32,160 nt of DNA, from positions 1-32,160 of the forward strand of contig JBHLPJ010000002.1 of the NCBI GenBank assembly GCA_048939565.1, in the 5' to 3' direction. The translations under genes were made by a program, and so were the position numbers. Under the pieces are notes generated by a model. The model saw only the letters and a program-made list of their open reading frames with translations. It did not search any database and was not told the origin of the DNA. The stretch is from Promethearchaeota archaeon (GTDB taxonomy: Archaea > Asgardarchaeota > Odinarchaeia > Odinarchaeales > JBHLKK01). Below, piece by piece: positions 16,815 to 24,402 of this stretch; within the stretch, counting starts at the first letter, position 1; each line of letters opens with the position of its first letter.

Positions 16815-17083
16815 CGAAGATTTTGATCAATTAAAAATACCTAACCCAACCATTTAATACTTTCGCAACATGGGCACATCTTCTTGTGATAGTCGCAACA
16901 TAATGCAATTAGGATCAGAAGGAATTAAGAGAAGAATCTGTCGTTGGCGTCACTATGAAAATTTTATTATATCCAAATTCTCTTATGTTATATATAAGAT
17001 ACGAAAGAATATACACCCTCTGACTGACCAAAAAAAGGCAGAAAAAGCAATAATAAAAGGGAGTATGTTATGGGGATGATTAG

Positions 17084-18922
17084 TTGCCCAAAACTGCAAA
17101 ATATATGTTTAAGATAATCACTGTCGGAGATGGAATGGTTGGCAAGACCAGTCTTATCCTACGATTCACTGAAAATACCTTTAGGGAGACCTATAAAAAG
17201 ACCATAGGGGCCGATTTCGCTATTAAGAATGTTGATATTGACGGGATTATAGCTAAACTCCAAATTTGGGATTTAGGCGGTCAGGATACCTTTAAGGATC
17301 TACGCAAGATATTCTATCCTGGAGCACGCGGAGCCGTATACGTTTTCGATGTTACTAACCGACCAACCTTCGAAAATATCAGACACTGGTTTAAGGATAT
17401 AGATTCAGTAGTCGGCGATGTTCCCGGACTATTGGTTGGCAATAAGATAGATCTAGCCAGAGAAGTAAGCTATGAGGAAGGGAAAGAATTAGCAGATGAG
17501 CTAGGTATGGACTATCTCGAGACGAGTGCTAAAACTGGAGAAAAGGTAGTAGATGTTTTTAAGATCATGGCGCGAGTAACAGTCGGCGAGAAAGCCGAAG
17601 AAATTCCTACTGGGGTTCCTTCGGCAATATCTCCAAAAATCCCCGGAATCTCTACAGATACTTCAATTGCCTTGGGTCCGGAAGCTGAACTGGAATCCGA
17701 GATCCCTGCAACACCTGCTGACCTGCTTCCAGCTAAACCAGCAATACTTCCTGACGTTGTTATGGATGTTTATGAGTGGATCGAATCACACAGAGACGAT
17801 TTCGTAGATTTATTGAAACGTCTAATAGGTGCTGATACAACCAATCCTCCTGGACACGAGTTCAGAGCAGCCAGAATAATACTGGAAGAATTACTAAAGG
17901 ATAATATCAGATTCAGGGTTTATGAAAGCGAAAAGGATAGAACAAATGTTGTCAGCTGGTCCGGCAAAACTGAGAGTCCTTCTGTTATGCTGGTCTGCCA
18001 TCACGATGTTGCACCGCAAGTTGAGGGGTGGAAGCATCCGCCGCTTGATGCTCTTGAGAAAGATAGCAGGATATATGGGTTAGGAGCTTGCTGCAGCAAA
18101 GGTCCCCTTGTTTCTGCTCTAATGGCCCTTAGAGCGATTCATGTCCTTAATGTAGAACTTAAAGGACAAGCAATGGTCGTGGCGGCCTCCGATGGACTTG
18201 GAGATGGATCAATTGGATTAAAGCACCTCATAGAAGAGGTAGGACTCGTTCCAAATCATGCCATTGTAGCCAGCCCTACAAACTGCAAAACAATAAGAAC
18301 CGTAGAACTAGAGACATTAGCTTTCAGACTTACCAGCAGAGGAAGAGTGTTTGAACCCTCACTTAAGGACATCAATGCTGCCGAGAAACTCGTCAAGGTG
18401 TTAGCAGGATTCAATGATTCTAATGGAAGCAAATATCCGACGCTCGCCAAATGCTCGATTAACATAAGGGAGATCAGAGGAATGCCTGGTGTTGGCGGCA
18501 TTCCTGAGTGGGCAGAGGCAACTCTAGATATTCGTCATCTATTCAAGGAGAACAACGAAAAGATACTTGACGAGGTTCGAAAATTGATTGATAATACCAA
18601 GATATTGGATTCCGATGTTGACGTGTCCATCGAGCAATTACCCGAACCTCCAAAAATCGCCTCTTCAGTCGATGCTCCTGTCGTAATGGCGGTTCGAGAT
18701 GGTTTATATAATACTGCCAATCAAGAACCCTCTTTCGCCGAAACCAAAGAGAATGTCTTGGCGAAAATCTTGGTTCAAAGTAAAATACCTGTGTGCATAT
18801 TTGGCCCAGGTAATGAAGAGAAGTGCAACAGTCCGAACGAGTATATCGAGATTGATGATATGATCGAGGGTGCTAAGGTTTTTGCTGCATCGATAATTAC
18901 TTTGCTAGGGATTAAAGACTGA
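17084..18922 (+). CDS. Rab-like small GTPase fused through a Pro/Ala-rich linker to an M20 (ArgE/DapE/CPG2-type) metallopeptidase-like domain with degenerate active site
   Basis: GTPase domain (aa 1-168): GDGMVGKTS, TIGADFAIK, WDLGGQD, GNKIDL, ETSAK. Linker: aa ~169-225. M20 domain (aa ~226-612): N-terminal LLKRLIG..T.NPPG, VCHHDVAP, W.HPP, IYGLGACCSKG, FGPGNEEKCNSPNEYIEIDD. TTG start at 17084, with ATG 17105 as an alternative. Confidence 0.85.
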   Translation: MPKTAKYMFKIITVGDGMVGKTSLILRFTENTFRETYKKTIGADFAIKNVDIDGIIAKLQIWDLGGQDTFKDLRKIFYPGARGAVYVFDVTNRPTFENIRHWFKDIDSVVGDVPGLLVGNKIDLAREVSYEEGKELADELGMDYLETSAKTGEKVVDVFKIMARVTVGEKAEEIPTGVPSAISPKIPGISTDTSIALGPEAELESEIPATPADLLPAKPAILPDVVMDVYEWIESHRDDFVDLLKRLIGADTTNPPGHEFRAARIILEELLKDNIRFRVYESEKDRTNVVSWSGKTESPSVMLVCHHDVAPQVEGWKHPPLDALEKDSRIYGLGACCSKGPLVSALMALRAIHVLNVELKGQAMVVAASDGLGDGSIGLKHLIEEVGLVPNHAIVASPTNCKTIRTVELETLAFRLTSRGRVFEPSLKDINAAEKLVKVLAGFNDSNGSKYPTLAKCSINIREIRGMPGVGGIPEWAEATLDIRHLFKENNEKILDEVRKLIDNTKILDSDVDVSIEQLPEPPKIASSVDAPVVMAVRDGLYNTANQEPSFAETKENVLAKILVQSKIPVCIFGPGNEEKCNSPNEYIEIDDMIEGAKVFAASIITLLGIKD

Positions 18923-18987
18923 TGGATAATCTTAAAACCCAAAAGTGTCTACATACTTATTCCCAGTAATTCCCCGGGGGGAGTAAT

Positions 18988-20505
18988 TTGAATGTTATTA
19001 CTGTTGAAGACATGAAGATTGCCGACAGGAATTCCGACTATTTGGGTGTTCCACCTCACATCTTGATGGAAAACGCAGGACGAGGAGTTGCAGATGCCAT
19101 TAACAATACCCATAAGGTTGAAGGCAAGAGAATCGTTATATTCTGCGGCCTGGGAAACAACGGCGGAGACGGATTTGTGGCGGCTAGGCATCTGGCTGGG
19201 TTGGGAGCTACAGTATGCCTTATCCTAATGGGCCATCCTGATCGGATTCGCACCCCTGAAGCCCAAAGGAACTGGAGAATCCTAGATAAGATGCAGCTGA
19301 CCGTTGATAAGGTAATTTGCACAGATTCTTCCGAGGAATCCAAGATTAAGGATCTAGTATCTGATGCGGACATAGTTGTAGATGCCATTCTTGGAACAGG
19401 ATTCTCTGGGAAGCTTAGAGACCCCATCACTGTGGCTGTTGACATAATTAATACTTTCATTGGGTTGAAGGTTGCAGTTGATGCGCCAACAGGAGTAGAT
19501 GCATCTACCGGAAAGATATCTGATCGAGCAGTTGAAGCAGACCTGACAGTAACATTCCACAAAGCTAAACCCGGACTGCTGAAAGCGCAGAAACATGTGG
19601 GTAGACTTACAGTTGCCGGAATCGGCATTCCGCCAGAAGCAGAGATTATCGCAGGACCTGGAGATGTAGGAATGACCCAGAAAAGCCGTAGCCCGCATGC
19701 CAAAAAAGGGGAATTTGGAAAAATCTTGGTTATAGGGGGAGGCAGTTATTATCATGGGGCTCCTACATTTGTGGCCTTCGCGGCCCTTAGAACCGGAGCA
19801 GATCTAGCAATCATTGCTACTCCGAGCAGTGTCGCGGACGCAGTGAGAAGTTTTTCTCCAAACCTAATTGTCCGTAGCCTACCCGGGGATGTTCTTACGG
19901 AGGATGCACTCCCTTCATTGAAGGGACTAATTGATTGGGCATCCTGTGTTGCCATAGGACCTGGCTTGGGTGTTGAGGCAGAAACAGTAGATGCTGTACT
20001 TAAAATTCTTGATCTTATCAAAGAGTCCAACAAGCCAACCCTAGTTGACGCTGATGCAATAAAGGCAATGGCAAAAGAGAAGACCATCTTGAGCGGACTT
20101 CCTGCTGTATTGACACCCCACGCTGGCGAATATACAAAGCTTACTGGCGAAATCCTGCCCCCCTCTGAGGAGCTTCAGAAAAGAATTGGCATAATAATGA
20201 GAACAGCAGGAGAACTTGGTGTAGTTCTGCTTCTTAAGGGGCATGAAGATATTGTTTCTGATGGAAAACGCTACAAGATTAACACTACTGGCAATCCTGG
20301 CATGACTGTGGGAGGTACTGGCGATGTCCTCAGTGGCGTTGCTGCAACATTTCTTTCACAAGGCTCCGATCCATTTAGAGCAGCAGTCTCAGCTGCCTTC
20401 ATAAATGGTCGCGCAGGTGATTTAGCTGTGGACAGACTAGGATATCATATTGTTGCCACGGATGTCATAGAGATGATTCCAAAAGCTATGAAAGAATGCC
20501 TGTGA
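18988..20505 (+). CDS. nnr: Bifunctional NAD(P)H-hydrate repair enzyme (NAD(P)HX epimerase / ADP-dependent dehydratase, YjeF N+C)
   Basis: YjeF_N domain: FCGLGNNGGDGFVAARHL, DAILGTGFSG. Carbohydrate-kinase domain: KG.FGK.LVIGG, GPGLG, TPH.GE, GGTGDVLSG. TTG start preceded by GGGGGGAG. Confidence 0.9.
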   Translation: MNVITVEDMKIADRNSDYLGVPPHILMENAGRGVADAINNTHKVEGKRIVIFCGLGNNGGDGFVAARHLAGLGATVCLILMGHPDRIRTPEAQRNWRILDKMQLTVDKVICTDSSEESKIKDLVSDADIVVDAILGTGFSGKLRDPITVAVDIINTFIGLKVAVDAPTGVDASTGKISDRAVEADLTVTFHKAKPGLLKAQKHVGRLTVAGIGIPPEAEIIAGPGDVGMTQKSRSPHAKKGEFGKILVIGGGSYYHGAPTFVAFAALRTGADLAIIATPSSVADAVRSFSPNLIVRSLPGDVLTEDALPSLKGLIDWASCVAIGPGLGVEAETVDAVLKILDLIKESNKPTLVDADAIKAMAKEKTILSGLPAVLTPHAGEYTKLTGEILPPSEELQKRIGIIMRTAGELGVVLLLKGHEDIVSDGKRYKINTTGNPGMTVGGTGDVLSGVAATFLSQGSDPFRAAVSAAFINGRAGDLAVDRLGYHIVATDVIEMIPKAMKECL

Positions 20506-20642
20506 GCTATTCTTATGTTAGTAGGTGCTCACACTCCGAAAACCTTTACTTCAGGGTTGTTGCGGTTTATTAATGGTTGAAGGAAAAGTTAAATTATAGG
20601 AAAATAATAATAAAGACTGAGGCCAAAACCTAGGAAAGTGAT

Positions 20643-21548
20643 GTGTTAGTAATGATAATCTACGGCGTATCGGATTCTGGTGATCTAGACGAACTAAAGG
20701 GAGATAGACCAATTAAGGATTATTTAGTCAGCGACAGAGTTCTTATTTTAATAGATGATGATTTGAAGAAAATTTGGATATGGAAAGGTAATAGTGCCCC
20801 TGTTCGACAGAAATTTATTAGTGCGCGAGTGGCAAATCAAATAAGACAGGAAAGAGGATTAACCTATAAGACTTTGAGCATTGATGAAGGTGAAGAATCA
20901 CAAGAGTTTCTCGATTCAATTGGAGCCAAACCAAAGAAAGCTCCCCGTCCTGCGCTTCCAGCTGAGCCCAAACCTCCTATGCCCGTTGCAGCTCCCACTC
21001 CTGATCCAACTCCCAAGTCTGCTCCAGCACCGGCTGCTCCAGCTCCCGCGCCAATAGTCAAACAGCCTGAAGCACCAAAAACACCTGCAACCTCAAGAGT
21101 CACTTCGCCCATGCCCTCTCCCACTCCAGCAGTAGTTACGCCTCTTGAAGCAGAAGTAATATCGAAACTTGAAAGAGTCGAAATCCCTCGCGGATATGAA
21201 AGAGAGTTGGTCATCGTTGGCAACGAGGTATATGCAATCACAGAATATCGAACGATTTTCTTGGGGGAGAAAAAGGTTGAAACAAAATTAGAAAAAGCCT
21301 CTAAGCTACCAGAGGGAATATTCTTTGCAGAAGGTTACACACCTAGAGTAATAGTGGACAAAGGTCGCGTTCTGGCTGTGGAATTCTTGAAAACAGGTAA
21401 GGGAGTTGAAGTCCCTGTCAAGGATACTACTCCTCGTTCACTGCGAGATGAAATGAAATTGCATTTGAGCGATCTAGTCGATTTCTTTAAAATCGATATC
21501 CCCAAGAAAGAGAAGAAGCTAAAAAGGGAAAAAAAGGGAAAGAAATAG
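20643..21548 (+). CDS. Gelsolin/cofilin-fold domain protein with Pro-rich linker, unknown C-terminal domain and Lys-rich tail (1DGelX-like architecture)
   Basis: In aa ~5-95, SDRVLILIDDDLKKIWIWKGNSAPVRQKFISARVANQIRQERGL.YKTLSIDEGEESQEFLDSIG fits the gelsolin-repeat pattern (yil...iyvW.G..as..ek..a...a..i......v.eG.E...F...f). A PxP/AP-rich segment follows (aa ~95-168), then a beta-rich ~120-aa domain and the tail KKEKKLKREKKGKK. Confidence 0.7.
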   Translation: MLVMIIYGVSDSGDLDELKGDRPIKDYLVSDRVLILIDDDLKKIWIWKGNSAPVRQKFISARVANQIRQERGLTYKTLSIDEGEESQEFLDSIGAKPKKAPRPALPAEPKPPMPVAAPTPDPTPKSAPAPAAPAPAPIVKQPEAPKTPATSRVTSPMPSPTPAVVTPLEAEVISKLERVEIPRGYERELVIVGNEVYAITEYRTIFLGEKKVETKLEKASKLPEGIFFAEGYTPRVIVDKGRVLAVEFLKTGKGVEVPVKDTTPRSLRDEMKLHLSDLVDFFKIDIPKKEKKLKREKKGKK

Positions 21549-21603
21549 CAGTGCATTAAGACAGATTGTGATCAACGCATCATTTGGTTAGGGAGATCTG
21601 AAG

Positions 21604-21996
21604 GTGTCATCTGTAAAAATCACTCCTGAAAAAGCAAAAGAATTGGCCAATTATCTTAGTGAGATTACCATGAAAACCGAATTAGAGGCTCTGGCCTGTG
21701 TTACGCGTGAGGGACAACGACTTGCTTTCAAAACTGTTGGCTATGAAGTTGAACCGGATCTAATGTCAGCAATTTCAGCTGCCATGCTTCATGTAGGAGA
21801 GACTGCCGTATCAAGAATGGGCTTTGGAGATCTTTGGGAGGTTATTGTCACAGGAGCGGAGGGCTATATAGTGTTATCTGGAGCGGGAAAGCTGGTCTTG
21901 ATAGGTGCTGGGAGATCTATGACTAGTCTCGGCAATACTGTGAGTGTATTTAGAAATTATGCAAAAATGGTTGCCAATCTGTTTCCTAGCAAGTAA
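21604..21996 (+). CDS. Roadblock/LC7 (MglB-like) domain protein
   Basis: 130 aa. LEALACVTREGQRLAF...DLMSAISAAML..GE....MGFGDLWEVIVTGAEGYIVLSGAGKLVLIGAGRSMTSLGNT follows the Roadblock/LC7 profile. GTG start preceded by AGGGAG. Confidence 0.75.
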   Translation: MSSVKITPEKAKELANYLSEITMKTELEALACVTREGQRLAFKTVGYEVEPDLMSAISAAMLHVGETAVSRMGFGDLWEVIVTGAEGYIVLSGAGKLVLIGAGRSMTSLGNTVSVFRNYAKMVANLFPSK

Positions 21997-21999
21997 TTC

Positions 22000-23391
22000 T
22001 TATTCTTTGCTGCTTTTGCTGAGGAATTCAATAAGTTCTGATAGCCTTGTATCCACTTTTCTTAGGTAATCATTTGCAGTACCAATATTCTTTGCTTCAA
22101 CAGTTAGACGTATTATTGGCTCGGTTCCAGAAGGACGTATCAGAATCCAGCCTTCACTCAATAGTAGACGCAAACCATCAACCTTCTGTACTTCGGTGAT
22201 ATCCTCCAAAAGCGAGGCTGATTCCTTTTCCAAGTCGTCCATTAAGGATCTTTTTAGCTTGTCGGGGCATTCAATTACCCCTCGTAAAATAGGATATTTG
22301 GGTATTGATGAGACGAATTCACTGATGTTAACCCCATCATGGGCAAGGAATTCAAGCAACTTTCCTACAGTGAGTAAGGAATCCGGTCCGTAGTGAGCCT
22401 TGGGCCATATGAATGTTCCACAAGCTTCTCCACCAAGCATACCTTTGCACTGTTTGATCTTTATGGCAACTTGAATATCACCTACGGGTGTTCGGAAGAC
22501 TTCACCGCCAGCTTCGTTTACTACTTCATCGATCACCATGCTGCCATCTATAGTAGTAACGGTCTTTCCGTTACCACCGTTCTCAATCTCTCTTTTGGCC
22601 AAGGCTGCCAGAAATCGATCCCCCTCGATAACTTTTCCCCTTTCATCCGTGAAGACAACCCTGTCGGCGTCACCATCGAAAGCTACACCTAGATCGGCAG
22701 AAGTAGCATTCACCAAAGCAGATAGATTCATCAAATTCTCTTCAGATGGAATAGGATCTCTGCCTGGAAAAAAACCATCCCCTTGGGCATTCAGGCTAAT
22801 TACCCTGCAACCTAATTCTCTCAACAATCTAGGTGCTATTTCATAAGCTGCTCCACACCCTGGGTCAACAGCTAACTCGAATTGTCTTCTTCCAATGCTT
22901 TTGGCATCAACACTCTCCCTTATCATTTCTATATGGGTGGAATCTGCAGTCTCTATGTTTTGGGTTTTCCCCAAGAGATGCCAAGGTTTCAGCGAAAAGG
23001 CCTTCCTAGTGTATATTCTTTCAATTTCATGCTCTTGCTCAGACGTAAACCCCATTCCATCGGGATTCCACAGCTTTATGCCAATTGCGGGTGGTGGGTT
23101 GTGAGAGGCAGTTATCATGATACCTGATGATACATTCAGGTGTTTTGTAGCATAGGCAAGAGTTGGTGTGGTCACGATCCCGGTTTTTAACACTGTACAT
23201 CCTGTGCTTAGCAGACCCGAGGTGATTGCAGATTCAATCGTTTTCGCAGCTGTTCTTGTATCTCTACCTACTACAACTGACTTTGAAGTAGCGTAAGTCC
23301 CCAGAGACGACCCCAATCTTAGAGCCATCAATGGCGTAAATTCGGTGTTGAATATACCTCTAATGCCGGATGTCCCGAAAAGTTTTTCCAT
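22000..23391 (-). CDS. Alpha-D-phosphohexomutase (archaeal phosphoglucosamine mutase / phosphomannomutase type)
   Basis: FGTSGIRG, the active-site TASHNPP, the metal loop FDGDADR, and GGE..G. Specificity cannot be assigned by eye. Confidence 0.9.
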   Translation of the reverse strand: MEKLFGTSGIRGIFNTEFTPLMALRLGSSLGTYATSKSVVVGRDTRTAAKTIESAITSGLLSTGCTVLKTGIVTTPTLAYATKHLNVSSGIMITASHNPPPAIGIKLWNPDGMGFTSEQEHEIERIYTRKAFSLKPWHLLGKTQNIETADSTHIEMIRESVDAKSIGRRQFELAVDPGCGAAYEIAPRLLRELGCRVISLNAQGDGFFPGRDPIPSEENLMNLSALVNATSADLGVAFDGDADRVVFTDERGKVIEGDRFLAALAKREIENGGNGKTVTTIDGSMVIDEVVNEAGGEVFRTPVGDIQVAIKIKQCKGMLGGEACGTFIWPKAHYGPDSLLTVGKLLEFLAHDGVNISEFVSSIPKYPILRGVIECPDKLKRSLMDDLEKESASLLEDITEVQKVDGLRLLLSEGWILIRPSGTEPIIRLTVEAKNIGTANDYLRKVDTRLSELIEFLSKSSKE

Positions 23392-23543
23392 ACCTATCTA
23401 CCACCACAAATAAGCTCCCTAGTTATTTATTAAAATTATCAGAAATGTTCCCTGCAAAAGCTGAGTGATGAGTTGATCTGGGAGATTGCAGGAGCCTTTT
23501 CTATATTTCACGAGCTCTTTACAAAGCAAAAAAAGTGGAGTGG

Positions 23544-23690
23544 TTACTTCCATTCATTTCTACAATCGTGACAAATGAGTCTTTTGCCATATATGGGGAC
23601 ATGACCAGCATATCCCAGTGCTTCTGATTTATCATCTTCTTTGGTGACGTTAAAGCCTCCACATCTTGGACACTTGGTTCGTTCAGCCAT
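23544..23690 (-). CDS. Small zinc-ribbon protein (48 aa), below the ORF-track length cutoff
   Basis: Hand translation: MAERTKCPRCGGFNVTKEDDKSEALGYAGHVPIYGKRLICHDCRNEWK, i.e. C-x2-C...C-x2-C. GGAGGT lies ~13 nt upstream of the ATG. The overlapping 64-aa track ORF in another frame looks non-coding. Confidence 0.5.
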   Translation of the reverse strand: MAERTKCPRCGGFNVTKEDDKSEALGYAGHVPIYGKRLICHDCRNEWK

Positions 23691-23784
23691 AGGAAGCTGC
23701 TACCTCCTAACATAACTTAGCAATCTAATATTTTGGGAAGCTGTCTTTTATATATTTCGTTTATTGCCGAGTCTTGGATTGAAT

Positions 23785-24165
23785 TTCTCAGAATGTAGGT
23801 GGAGTTATTCGCAGTTTTTGCTGAGATTTCTCAATTATTTTGAATCTTATTGCTCCAGTACTTCCTAAGTCAGGATCGGTCATAAGATACCCGGCAGGAA
23901 ATCAAACTAGAATATGTATGCTTGGTCTTCGTGGCTCGCCAACCTCTGCCGTATGTTCACCAGTAACAGGAAAGATAAAGGTGAAGAGAACATGGTATGG
24001 TTGAATTCGCTTAAATCCAGCGAATATGTCAACTATTGAACATGTTGGGGCATGACCCAAATGAACGGGGCCATTCATATGTGGTATCGGAAATGTGGTG
24101 AACATCTTTCCCCATCCATCAGGGTTCACTTCAAATAGTCTGCTTTCACTCCAATTTTTTGCCAT
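23785..24165 (-). pseudogene. Relic of the N-terminus of an archaeal-type leucyl-tRNA synthetase (HIGH region), truncated and degenerate
   Basis: The 87-aa ORF reads W.ESRLFE....K.F.T.PIPHMNGPVHLGHAPTCSIVDIFAGFKRIQPYHVLFTFIFPVTGEH. It lines up position-by-position with my memory of the archaeal LeuRS segment GHARTYTIxDVIARxKRMQGYNVLFPMxxHxTGxPI. Normally conserved residues are replaced (R to P, G to P, H to P). A stop follows after ~87 codons, with a weaker in-frame continuation to 23785. Confidence 0.5.
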
Positions 24166-24402
24166 TTTGCCTCAATTGCTCTCCAGTCCACCGTTAATCA
24201 TGACTCCAAAATACAAAGTAATAAATCTCCAAAGGTATTTACGAAAAATAGCTTATTTGAGGAGAATACAATACCCCACTCTGTCATCTCTTTGTTAGAA
24301 GCAAAAGGTAAACTACTCACATTTGAACCTTGTGAGTATCAAACCTTCATCTTTTATTAATATCCTCATTACAGAAATAGGAACTGTTAAGGAGGAGTCC
24401 TA

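Noticed and set aside
16870-17079. A 69-aa plus-strand ORF inside the divergent GTPase intergenic region.
   Set aside because: It has no RBS, a Cys/Arg/Ile-rich non-protein-like composition, and it occupies the A/T-rich promoter region. It is more likely the 5' leader or promoter of the Rab-M20 gene.
19056-19703. Long antisense or alternative-frame ORFs inside well-supported genes. Examples: 19056-19703(-), 19354-19755(-), 19752-20087(-), 13408-13965(+), 696-1235(+), 907-1266(-), 7001-7435(-), 9071-9451(-), 16014-16430(+), 20864-21241(-), 24933-25298(-), 26292-26696(-), 25771-26115(-).
   Set aside because: Each lies opposite or out of frame to a gene with clear family motifs. Their translations are low-complexity (S/P/L/C-rich) with no recognisable domains, which is typical of shadow ORFs.
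24314-24338. A perfect 8-bp inverted repeat TACTCACA-N9-TGTGAGTA, about 65 nt upstream of the nitroreductase start.
   Set aside because: It could be an operator or a small hairpin. A single short palindrome in A/T-rich DNA is within chance expectation, and nothing else supports a function.
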